In this document: positions 1-9,392 of the stretch, piece by piece
Position numbering within the stretch: position 1 is the first letter of the stretch
Layout: the number at the start of each line of letters is the position of its first letter
Assembly: GCF_006345805.1 (NCBI RefSeq)
Contig: NW_021824941.1
Location: 1 to 16,811, forward strand
DNA length: 16,811 nt
Source: Octopus sinensis
Taxonomy: Eukaryota
Direction of reading: 5' to 3'
The notes under the pieces: generated by a model
Database searches by the model: none
What the model saw: only the letters and a program-made list of their open reading frames with translations
What the model was told of the DNA's origin: nothing
Position numbers and translations under genes: made by a program

Positions 1-150
1 GTGGTGGTGGTGGTGCTGGTGATGGTGGGTAGGGTGTAGTAGTAGAGTAGGTAGGGGGGCGGGTAGGGTAGGGTAGGTAGCGGTGGTGTAGCAGTGGGGG
101 TATGGGGGTGTCGGGTAGAGAAGGGTAGCGGTGGGTGGGGGTATGGGGGT
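1..150. repeat. G-rich low-complexity tract ((GGT)n, GGGTA/GGTAG)
   Basis: Visible GGT and GGGTA reiterations. Confidence 0.85.
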
Positions 151-235
151 GTGTTTTGGTTGTGGAACGTCTGACAAACCGGAGAAATAAACTGAACAAG
201 GCTGAATGAAATAATTAGAAGAGAGACAGACAGAC

Positions 236-1005
236 AGACTGGGAGAGAGAGAAAGATAGATAAACATACGGGTAGATAGAAAAAGAGAGAGAGATAGAGA
301 GACAGATAGATAAAGATACGGGTAGATAGAAAAAGAGAGAGAGATAGAGAGACAATAGATAAAGATACGGGTAGATAGAAAAAGAGAGAGATAGAGAGAC
401 AGATAAACATACGGGTAGATAGAAAAAGAGAGAGAGAGATAGAGAGACAGATAGATAAAGATACGGGTAGATAGAAAAAGAGAGAGAGAGATAGAGAGAC
501 AGATAGATAAAGATACGGGTAGATAGAAAAAGAGTGAGAGAGATAGAGAGACAGATAGATAAACATACGGGTAGATAGAAAAAGAGAGAGAGAGATAGAG
601 AGACAGATAGATAAACATACGGGTAGATAGAAAAAGAGTGAGATAGAGAGACAGATAGATAAACATACGGGTAGATAGAAAAAGAGAGAGAGAGATAGAG
701 AGACAGATAGATAAACATACGGGTAGATAGAAAAAGAGAGAGAGAGATAGAGAGACAGATAGATAAACATACGGGTAGATAGAAAAAGAGAGAGAGAGAT
801 AGAGAGACAGATAGATAAACATACGGGTAGATAGAAAAAGAGAGAGAGAGAGAGAAGAGAGACAGATATAAACATACGGGTAGATAGAAAAAGAGAGAGA
901 GATAGAGAGACAGATAGATAACATACGGGTAGATAGAAAAAGAGAGAGAGAGATAGAGAGACAGATAGATAAACATACGGGTAGATAGAAAAAGAGAGAG
1001 AGAGA
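236..1005. repeat. About 50-bp purine-rich minisatellite, 15 copies
   Basis: The core TACGGGTAGATAG occurs 15 times between about 266 and 985. Unit is roughly AGATAGATAAA(C/G)ATACGGGTAGATAGAAAAAG(AG)nATAGAGAGAC; length varies with the (AG)n tract. Confidence 0.95.
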
Positions 1006-1082
1006 ATGAGAAAGAGTAGATATAGAGATGCGGAGAAAGATGGAGAGACATGGAAAGAAGAAAGAGAAAGAAAGAGCGAAAG

Positions 1083-1450
1083 AGAGATAGAGGAAGGGAG
1101 ACAAGTGGGAGGGAAAGATAGAGAGATAAAAAAGGGAGAGGGAGATAGAAAAAGAAAGAAGGACCGAGAGAGAAGGAGGGATAAAGAGAGAGAAAAGGAA
1201 AGGGGAATAGAGAGAGAGAGAAAGGGTAAGCGGGATAGTGAGAGAAAGGGAGATAAAGAGATAGAGGAAGGAAGACAGTTGGGAGGGAAAGATAGAGAGA
1301 TAGTGAGAGAAAGAGAAATAAAAGAAAGGGAGTGGGAGATAGAAAGAGAAAGGACCGAGAGAGAAGGAGGGATAAAGAGAGAGAAAAGGAAAGGGAAATA
1401 GAGAAGGGGAGAAAGGGTAAGCGGGATAGTGAGAGAAAGGGAGATAAAGA
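1083..1450. repeat. GA-rich tandem duplication (two units of about 175-190 bp)
   Basis: GAGATAGAGGAAGG...GGACCGAGAGAGAAGGAGGGATAAAGAG...AAAGGGTAAGCGGGATAGTGAGAGAAAGGGAGATAAA occurs twice. Confidence 0.85.
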
Positions 1451-1679
1451 GTAAGAGGAATAGAGAGGGGAAGGGTGAGAGAAGAGTTTAAAAAATGCTG
1501 CGGTGGAAAAGATACGGAGAAAGAGAGAGAGAAAGAGGGAGAGAGAGGAAGAGTTCACAATTGGTGGTGGTGGTAGTGGTGGTATGTAGATGGAGGAGAA
1601 GGAGAAGGAAAAAAAATAAGCGGAGTGGGAGAAGATGAAAGAGCAGACGATGAGGGGTGAAGAAGAAGCGAAGGAGTAA

Positions 1680-2347
1680 GTTGGTACGTAGGTGGAGGTA
1701 CGAGAGGAGGAGGAGAAAAGAAGTAAAAAGAAGCTAAGAATAGTGTGAAGAGGGTGTAAAGTTGAAGATAGAGAGGGTATAGTCAAGGAGGGAGGAGGAG
1801 GAAGAGTGTTCGTACGTGGTGGTAAAAGAGGAAGAGGAGAATGAAATAGTGTGAAGGGGGTTTAAAGTTAAAAAGAGGGTGCAGTGAAAGAGGAAGAGGG
1901 AGAGGAGGGAACCGGCTTGTAGGTAGTGGTGGGAGAAAGGGAAGAAAGGGGGAAAGGAGAATAGAAATAGTGTGAAGAGGGTGTAGTGAAGGGGAGAGGG
2001 GAGGCGAGAGATGCTTCGTAGGTGGTGTGGTGATGGTGGTGGTGGTGTTGGTGGTGGTGTTGGTAAAGGAGGAAGAGGAAGAGGAGAATGGAAATAGTGT
2101 GAAGAGGGTGTATTGAAGGGGAGAGGGGAGGCGATATATGCTACGTAGGTGGTGTGGTGATGGTGTTGGTGGTGGTGTTAGTAAAGGAGGAAGAGGAAGA
2201 GGAGAATGAAATAGTGTGAAGAGGGTGTATTGAAGGGGAGAGGGGAGGCGATATATGCTACGTAGGTGGTGTGGTGATGGTGTTGGTGGTGGTGTTAGTA
2301 AAGGAGGAAGAGGAAGAGGAGAATGAAATAGTGTGAAGAGGGTGTAA
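1680..2347. repeat. About 118-bp purine/GGT-rich tandem array, more degenerate towards the left
   Basis: GTAAAGGAGGAAGAGG starts at 2063, 2181 and 2298; AATAGTGTGAAG and CGTAGGTGG motifs recur back to about 1685. Confidence 0.85.
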
Positions 2348-2393
2348 AAAAATAAAAACTCATTTGAATGAGAGACAAAGGGGGAGGAGAGAA

Positions 2394-2404
2394 AGTGTGT
2401 GTGT

Positions 2405-2435
<31 letters not shown>

Positions 2436-3180
2436 ATGTGCAGGGAAGGAAGCTGTTTGTGTATGTATGCGTGTATGTGTGTGTATGTATGTGTGTATGT
2501 CTATGCGCGACTTACTGTTTATGTGTGTGTATGTGTGTCTGTGTATGTGTGTGTATATAGTGTGAGTGTAACTGTTTTGTGTGGAGGATGTGCAGGGGAG
2601 GAAGCTGTTTGTGTAAGTGTGCGTGTATGTGTGTGTGTGTGTCTATGCGCGACTTACTGTGTGTGTATGTGTGTGTGTGTGTGTGTATAGTGTGAGTGTA
2701 ACTGTTGTGTGTGTGTGTGTGCATGTGGGTGATGTGCAGGGGGAGGAAGCTGTTTGTGTATGTATGCGTGTATGTGTGTGTGTATGTATGTGTGTGTTTC
2801 TCTTGAGGAAGTTACAGTAATGTGTGTATGTGTGTATGTGTGTATGTCTATGCGCGACTTACTGTTTGTGTGGGTGTGTTGTGGGAGGTAAAGCTGTGTG
2901 TGGGTGTGCGTACGTGCACTCGTGTGTGTGCGTGTGTATATGTGTGTTATAAGATTGTGTATGTACGTGCTTGTAGTATGTGTGTGTACGTGTGTGTTTG
3001 TGCGTGTTGTGTATGTGTATGTGTAGCTATTTCTATGTGTGTAGGTATGTGCGTGGCTGTGTTTGTGTGTGTGTGCATATAAATCTGTGTATTTGCTTGT
3101 GTGTATGTATATGCGCGCGCGTACGTGTGCGTGTGGTGTATATGTGCACGTGTATGTGTGTGTGTGTGTGAGTGAATGTG
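2394..3180. repeat. (TG)n compound tract with an embedded repeat of about 150 bp
   Basis: GATGTGCAGG at 2435, 2587 and 2731; CTATGCGCGACTTACTGT occurs three times. Confidence 0.9.
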
Positions 3181-3665
3181 TGTGTGTGGAGATGGGACGG
3201 TGTTGCATGTGTACGTGAAACAGTGAAGCTATGTGTGTGTGTTTGTGTGAGTGTGTCTGTGTGAATGTGTGTGTGTGTGAGTGTGTGCGTGTGAATGTGT
3301 GTGTGTGTGAGTGTGTCTGTGTGAATGTGTGTGTGTGTGAGTGTGTGCGTGTGAATGTGTGTGTGTGTGAGTGTGTGTGTGTGAATGTGTGTGTGTGTGA
3401 GTGTGTGCGTGTGAATGTGTGTGTGTGTGAGTGTGTCTGTGTGAATGTGTGTGTGTGTGAGTGTGTACGTGTGAATGTGTGTGTGTGTGAGTGTGTACGT
3501 GTGAATGTGTGTGTGTGTGAGTGTGTGCGTGTGAATGTGTGTGTGTGTGAGTGTGTGCGTGTGAATGTGTGTGTGTGTGAGTGTGTACGTGTGAATGTGC
3601 ATGTGTGTGTGTGGAGATGGGACGGTGTTGCATGTGTACGTGAAAGAGTGAAGCTATGTGTGTGT
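3181..3665. repeat. 30-bp TG-based minisatellite (12 units) bracketed by a direct repeat of about 60 bp
   Basis: GTGAAT recurs every 30 bp from 3261 to 3591. GGAGATGGGACGGTGTTGCATGTGTACGTGAAA(C/G)AGTGAAGCTATG starts at 3188 and 3613. Confidence 0.95.
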
Positions 3666-3940
3666 GTGTTGGGGAAGTTTCTGTGCGGGGGAGGAGCACA
3701 GCTTTGTATGTAGGAGGTGGGGGGAGAAGGTATTGGAAGAGGTGGTGGTGTGTATGTGTGTGGGTGTGGGTGTGTGAGTAGGAGTAGTCTGAATGCGTGT
3801 GTATATATGTGTGTGTGTGTGTGTGTAAACAGTATCTCCCCCTCCTCCCCCTTGCCCCCCCCATCGCTGATGCTACGCAAACTATAAATAAACAGAAAAT
3901 ATTGGCCAGGACAGGACGAAGAAGCGTTACCATGGTGAGA

Positions 3941-3971
3941 AAGAGACAGAGAGAGAGAATGAAAGCAAGAA

Positions 3972-4008
<37 letters not shown>

Positions 4009-4214
4009 CAAACAGAGAGAGAGAGAAAGAAAGCAAGAAAGAGAGAGAAAGTAAGAGAGAGAGAGAGGGAAAGAGAGAGAGATGGAAGGAGACAGATATA
4101 ATGTAAAAAAGGGGTTTGGGAGAAATATATATATATATATCTGTCGTTTCCCCTCTCTTTCTTTCTCTCTCTATCTATTTCTCTTCCTCCTCTTTCAAAC
4201 TCTTAACCTCCCCC

Positions 4215-4248
<34 letters not shown>

Positions 4249-4810
4249 TATATATATATATATATACACAGAGTGAGAGATAGTAGCGGGGAGTAGTAGT
4301 AAGAGAGAGAGAGAAAAAAGGAGAAAAAGAGATATATTGTAAAGGGAGTAAAGAATAGAGAGACAGAGAGGAAAAGATAGGCTGAGAGAGAGAGAGGGAG
4401 GGAGAGAGAGAGAGAAAGAAAGTGTGTGTGTGTGTAAGTGAAAGTGGAAGAGTGAGAAGAGAAAGATAAAAAGAGAAGTCATGGTAACGGACGAGAGTGG
4501 CAGTAAGAGAGTGGGGAACGGGAAACAGAGAAATAGAGGGAGGGAGTCGTGATGTAAAAAAAAAAACGAGAGGGTAAGGAGTAAAAGACAGAGGGAGAAA
4601 AAAGAGAGAGGTAGAGAATGAGAGATATATAGAAAGAGAGGGGAGAGAGAGACAGATATATAGAGAGAGTGTGGTGTGTGTAGAAGAGATATTGCGTAGA
4701 AATTGAGAGAAGTGTGATGTAGAAGCACACACACAAATAAACATACATGCGTACATATAGATGTACCCGCATATTTACAGAATAATATGGATCATATATA
4801 GATACATATC
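3941..4810. repeat. Compound (GA)n/(CT)n/(TA)n/(TG)n low-complexity region
   Basis: Visible dinucleotide tracts and purine-rich filler. Confidence 0.85.
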
Positions 4811-4869
4811 AACACATAGTCATTTCTGTTAAAAGAGAATGACATAATAAACACACTCTCACTATAGTG

Positions 4870-4932
4870 ATAGATAGATAGATAGATAGATTGATTGATT
4901 GATAGATAGATAGATTGATAGATTGACAGATG

Positions 4933-5007
<75 letters not shown>

Positions 5008-5154
5008 TGACTGATTGATAGATAGATTGATAGATTGATAGACTGATTGATAGATAGGTGGATAGATAGATAGATAGATGGATTGATAATTAGATAGATA
5101 GATAGATAGATATATAGAGATTTGAAAGACTGATTGATAGATAGATAGATGAAT

Positions 5155-5201
<47 letters not shown>

Positions 5202-5357
5202 CATATATATATACATATATATATATAATACATATATATATATAATATGTTGAAGAGAAATAGATAGAAAGATGGATAGATACCTAGAAAGATAGACAGA
5301 CAATTGAAATATATATATATATATACATATACATACATACATATATATATATATATA
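4870..5357. repeat. (GATA)n/(GATT)n followed by (TA)n microsatellites
   Basis: Direct inspection. Confidence 0.95.
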
Positions 5358-5497
5358 ACTGTCCGCGAACGGCAACGGGAAACTCAGAGTAACAGGTTTT
5401 GTTGAATTTTCTGCTGCTTTAAATAAAGCATATTATTCTACCACTGGTATTTGAGTACTCTTTTTTCCACCTTGTTTCACATTTATGTGTTTACTCC

Positions 5498-5500
<3 letters not shown>
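5358..5500 (+). mobile_element. Short module embedded in (TA)n with a degenerate hammerhead-like fold; possible Penelope-like terminal-repeat fragment
   Basis: CTGT(5359-62)/ACAG(5392-95) stem I, CG-GCAA-CG stem II, GAAAC-TCAGA-GTA, then AATAAA downstream. The core reads CCGCGA, not CTGANGA. Family assignment is inference. Confidence 0.35.
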
Positions 5501-5531
<31 letters not shown>

Positions 5532-5560
5532 TAGATAGATAGATAGATAGATAGGTATAG
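5501..5560. repeat. (TA)n-(GATA)n microsatellite
   Basis: Direct inspection. Confidence 0.95.
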
Positions 5561-5656
5561 AAATATGTAGGGGTAAACTATTATTGGCCGATCCAAAAGT
5601 CTCATCTGTAATGCCACAACTTCCCACAGACAGTTCTTTCCTCAACAAAACAGCAA

Positions 5657-5957
5657 CACACACACACTTACACACACACACACGCTTACACACACACAAA
5701 TGCACAGACACAAATGCACACACACACACACTTACACACACACACACACTTACACACACACACACACACTTACACACACACACACACACTTACACACACA
5801 CACACACACTTACACACACACACACACACACTTACACACACACACACTTACACACACACACACACTTACACACACACTTACACACACACCTACACACACA
5901 CACTTACACACACACACACACACACACGCACACACAAATGCACTGACACAAATGCGC
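5657..5957. repeat. (CA)n with periodic CTTA interruptions, bracketed by CACAAATGCAC(A/T)GACACAAATGC
   Basis: Repeated ACACTTAC(AC)n units; the 23-bp bracket occurs at about 5695 and about 5934. Confidence 0.9.
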
Positions 5958-6159
5958 TGAAAATAGTGCATCGACTAAACAGCAACATCATTACATCATC
6001 ACCATTAGTAACACCACCACCAACAACAACAACAACAGCCACAACTGCAGACTGTCCTGGGTTGCCATGTGCAGCCAGCGCAGCGGGTGCTGGCTGCACA
6101 AGGTAACTGCATTGTGTAGCTTGCATACTCTTCATCAGTCTCTATAACATTCTTATATG

Positions 6160-6270
6160 GCACTGAACTGGCAGCATCGTTAGGGCGTTGGCTAAAATGC
6201 TTCACAGTATTTGTTCAGGCTGTGTCTGCTCTGAGTTCAAACCTTGCCAAGGTCAACTTTGCATTTAATT
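6160..6270 (+). mobile_element. Old diverged tRNA-SINE head (family A-like)
   Basis: GGCAGCATCGTTAG...AAAATGCTT...GAGTTCAAACCTTGCCAAGGTCAACTTTGC aligns by eye to the 5' half of the SINE at 14979. Confidence 0.6.
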
Positions 6271-6289
6271 GCTGTCATGACCCCCACAA

Positions 6290-7245
6290 GCATTTCTTCT
6301 GGCTCTTTTAGATTTTGAGTTAAAATTCTGCTGAGGCTAGCTTTGAGGGTTGATAAAATAAAGTATCGTTTGAGAACAGGGGTCGATGTAATCAGCTAAT
6401 ACCTATTTCTTTATTACCCACAAGGGGCTAAACACAGAGAGGACAAACAAGGAGAGACAAAGGGATTATGTTGATTACACCGACCCCAGTGTGTAACTGG
6501 TACTTAATTTATTGACCCCGAAAGGATGAAAGGCAAAGTCAACCTCGGCAGAATTTGAACTCAGAACGTAAAGACAGACGAAACACCTATTTCTTTATTA
6601 CCCACAAGGGGCCAAACACAGAGGGGACAAACAAGGACAGACATAGGTATTAAGCCGATTACATCGACCCCAGTGCGTAACTGGTACTTAATTTATCGAC
6701 CCCGAAAGGATGAAAGGCAAAGTCGACCTCGGCGGAATTTGAACTCAGAACGTAACCACAGACGAAATACCTATTTCTTTATTACCCACAAGGGGCTAAA
6801 CACAGAGGAGACAAACAAGGACAGACAAAGGGATTAAGTCGATTACATCGACCCCAGTACGTAACTGGTACTTAATTTATCAACCCCGAAAGGATGAAAG
6901 GCAAAGTCGACCTCGGCGGAATTTGAACTCAGAACGTAACCGCAGATGAAATACCTATTTCTTTATTACCCACAAGGGGCTAAACACAGAGGGGACAAAC
7001 AAAGACAGACATAGGTATTAAGCCGATTACATCGACCCCAGTGCGTAACTGGTACTTAATTTATCAACCCCGAAAGGATGAAAGGCAAAGTCGACCTCGG
7101 AGGAATTTGAACTCAGAACGTAACGGCAGATGAAATACCGCTAGGCACTTCACCCGGCGTGCTAACGTTTCTGCCAGCTTGCCGCCTTGTAATCAGCTAA
7201 TACATTTCTGATGAAATTGCTGGCTTTGTGTCAAAATATGAGACT
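6290..7245 (+). mobile_element. Old family A-like SINE (6290-6402 plus 7204-7245) split by the SINE tetramer
   Basis: GGTTGATAAAATAAAGTA...GGGGTCGATGTAATCAGCTAATAC resumes after the duplicated target site as ATTTCTGATGAAATTGCTGGC. Confidence 0.55.
6398..7187 (-). mobile_element. tRNA-derived SINE family A: tandem tetramer (4 x 184 bp plus one 5' head), 16-bp TSD
   Basis: Units start at 6398, 6582, 6766 and 6950; the single A-box head is 7134-7187. TGTAATCAGCTAATAC occurs at 6387-6402 and 7188-7203. The central GCCTTTCATCCTTTCGGGGTCGATAAATTAAGTACCAG resembles the Meta/Sauria-type SINE central domain (recall). Confidence 0.9.
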
Positions 7246-7254
7246 GTTACAGAA

Positions 7255-7410
7255 GATAGTGAGTTGTTAGAATTGTTAACCCGTTGGACAAAATGCTTCG
7301 TGGCATTACGTTCTGGGTTCAAATTGAAAGGTTGGCTTTGTTTTTATCGTTTTGGTGGGGTTGATAAAATAAAGAATCATTTAAGAACAGGGGTCAATTG
7401 AGTTCTATAC
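7255..7410 (+). mobile_element. Old diverged family A-like SINE
   Basis: ACGTTCTGGGTTCAAAT B-box and GGGGTTGATAAAATAAAG...GGGGTCAAT match the family A layout. Confidence 0.6.
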
Positions 7411-7463
7411 TTAAGAGATGAGGAATTATGTACATTATTTTACATTATTTACATTCAATGGAT

Positions 7464-7845
7464 ATCGACCCCGAAAGGATGAAAGGCAAAGACGACCTCG
7501 GCGGAATTTGAACTCAGAACGTAACCGTAGACGAAATACCTATTTCTTTATTACTCAGAACGTAGCGGCAGACGAAATACCTATTTCTTTACTACCCACA
7601 AAGGGCTAAATAAACACAGAGAGGACAAACAAGGACAGACAAATGGATTAAGTCGATTATATCGACCCCAGTGTGTAACTGGTACTTATTTAATCGACCC
7701 CGAAAGGATGAAAGGCAAAGTCGACCTCGGCGGAATTTGAACTCAGAACGTAACCGCAGACGAAATACCTATTTCTTTATTACCCACAAGGGGCTAAACA
7801 CAGAGGGGACAAACAAGGAGAGGCAAAGGGATTATGTCGATTATG
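7464..7845 (-). mobile_element. Second, truncated family A SINE multimer with an internal 41-bp duplication
   Basis: Three (C/T)AGACGAAATACCTATTTC junctions at about 7529, 7569 and 7757; ACTCAGAACG at 7512 and 7553. Confidence 0.85.
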
Positions 7846-7854
7846 TCCAAACTT

Positions 7855-7894
7855 CTTCAGGTATCTTGGGGAAATTTCCCCAAGACACCTGAAG
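7855..7894. repeat. 40-bp palindrome with one mismatch
   Basis: CTTCAGGTATCTTGGGGAAA / TTTCCCCAAGACACCTGAAG. Confidence 0.9.
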
Positions 7895-7997
7895 GCTATA
7901 GTAGAAGACACTTGCCCAAGGTGCCATGCAGTGGGACTGAACCCAGAACCATGTGGTTTGTAAACAAGCTACTTACCACACAGCCACTCCTACGCCT
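7893..7997 (-). mobile_element. tRNA/CORE-like SINE family B, 5' portion
   Basis: Reverse complement GGCGTAGGAGTGGCTGTGTGGTAAGTAGCTTG...GGGTTCAGTCCCACTGCATGGCACCTTGGGCAAGTGTCTTC matches 9185-9285. Confidence 0.85.
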
Positions 7998-8251
7998 GTC
8001 GATGTATCTATGTGGATAGATGGATCCATTGGCGGATAGAAGATAAATTTTTTTATTTAGCCACACAGGGCTGAACACAGAAGAACGTGGAATTTTTCTT
8101 TTTGGAACCAATCAATCGGAATTGAAAAACGCTTTGGGATATGTACACAGGTAGATAACAAGGTGTTGTTTTTAACAATTTAAATTCCCAAAAGGGGGGA
8201 GAAAATATAACTCTGACTAGAGAGAAAAACTTGCGAAAAACAACCATGGTA

Positions 8252-8690
8252 ACTCTCTTTACTCTTTTACATGTTTCAGTCATTTACCTGTGACCATGCT
8301 GGAGCACCGCCTTTAGTCGAGCAAATCGACCCCAGGACTTATTCTTTGTAAGCCTAGTACTTATTCTATCGGTCTCTTTTGCTGAAGCGCTAGGTTACAG
8401 GGACGTAAACACACCAGCATCGGTTGTCAAGCGATGTTGGGGGTACAAACACAGACACACAAACACACACGCACACACACCACACACACATATATATATA
8501 CGACGGGCTTCTTTCAGTTTCCGTCTACCAAATCCATTCACAAGGCTTTGTAAGCCAATTACTTATTCTATCGGCCTCTTTTGCTGAACTGCTAAGTTAC
8601 GGGGACTTAAACACACCAGCATCGGTTGTCAAGCGATGTTGGGGGGACAAACACAGACACGCAAACACACACACACACAAATACATTAGC
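8252..8690 (-). mobile_element. SINE family B 3' portion (8252-8550) plus a partial second copy (8546-8690)
   Basis: Reverse complement of 9300-9783, including the internal CA/TA microsatellite; the two pieces join through a shared CTTTG. Confidence 0.85.
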
Positions 8691-8699
8691 ATGTACATG

Positions 8700-9078
8700 G
8701 CATTTGGAAGGGCATCCAGCTGTAGAGATCATACCTATTTCTTTACTACCCACAAAGGGCTAAATAAACACAGAGAGGACAAACAAGGACAGACAAATGG
8801 ATTAAGTCGATTATATCGACCCCAGTGTGTAACTGGTACTTATTTAATCGACCCCGAAAGGATGAAAGGCAAAGTCGACCTCGGCAGAATTTGAACTCAG
8901 AACGTAAAGACAGACAAAATACCGATAAATATTTCGCCCGGCGTGCTAACGGTTCTGCCAACTCGCCCATACCACAACAGACAACAGAACTTGGTGGGCT
9001 CTCATGACTTGCAAGTTCCTGCCAAACCTTCCTATCCATGCCAGCATGGAAAACGGACATTAAATGATGACGATGATG
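8700..9078 (+). mobile_element. Retroposon family C 3' tail ((GAT)n-ended), interrupted by a family A SINE
   Basis: GGAAGGGCATCCAGCTGTAGA at about 8706 and CCATGCCAGCATGGAAAACGGACATTAAATGATGACGATGATG at about 9034 match the tails at 11479-11625 and 12820-12961. Confidence 0.7.
8731..8967 (-). mobile_element. Full-length family A SINE monomer with 6-bp TSD
   Basis: Head GGCGAGTTGGCAGAACCGTTAGCACG (reverse complement); CATACC at 8730-8735 and 8968-8973. Confidence 0.9.
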
Positions 9079-9183
9079 CTGATATGATATTATACAATAT
9101 GCATTAAGCTCTTAAGAATGTAGCCATGTTGTCATTTAAAAAACGAGGTCGGTGCAATTTTAATTATATTATTTATAAGTGAT

Positions 9184-9349
9184 AGGCGCAGGAGTGACTG
9201 TGTGGTAAGTAGCTTGCTAAACTACCACATGGTTCTGGGTTCAGTCCCACTGCGTGGCATCTTGGGCAAGTGTCTTCTGCTATAGCCCCGGGTCGACCAA
9301 TGCCTTGTGAATGGATTTGGTAGATGGAAACTGAAAGAAGCCTGTTGTA

Positions 9350-9392
<43 letters not shown>

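Noticed and set aside
215-1786. 523-aa minus-strand ORF (S/L/F/Y-rich) and the 131-aa R/E/K-rich plus ORF at 1006-1401
   Set aside because: Translations of GA-rich repeats, which rarely form stop codons on these strands; no domain and no credible start.
2364-4054. Many HT-rich and CV-rich ORFs up to 460 aa
   Set aside because: Direct translations of (CA)n/(TG)n tracts.
4856-4870. CTCACTATAG resembling part of the T7 promoter
   Set aside because: Only 10 bp match, lacking TAATACGA; part of a chance CACTATAGTG palindrome.
5584-6106. His/Thr-rich ORFs through the CA array
   Set aside because: Mostly microsatellite translation and the first starts at TTG; only the 3' hairpin/donor region was kept as a finding.
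6398-7187. 184-bp repeats as CRISPR or satellite; SINE heads as tRNA genes
   Set aside because: Units are SINE bodies without unique spacers; heads have A/B boxes but no complete cloverleaf and run into SINE body.
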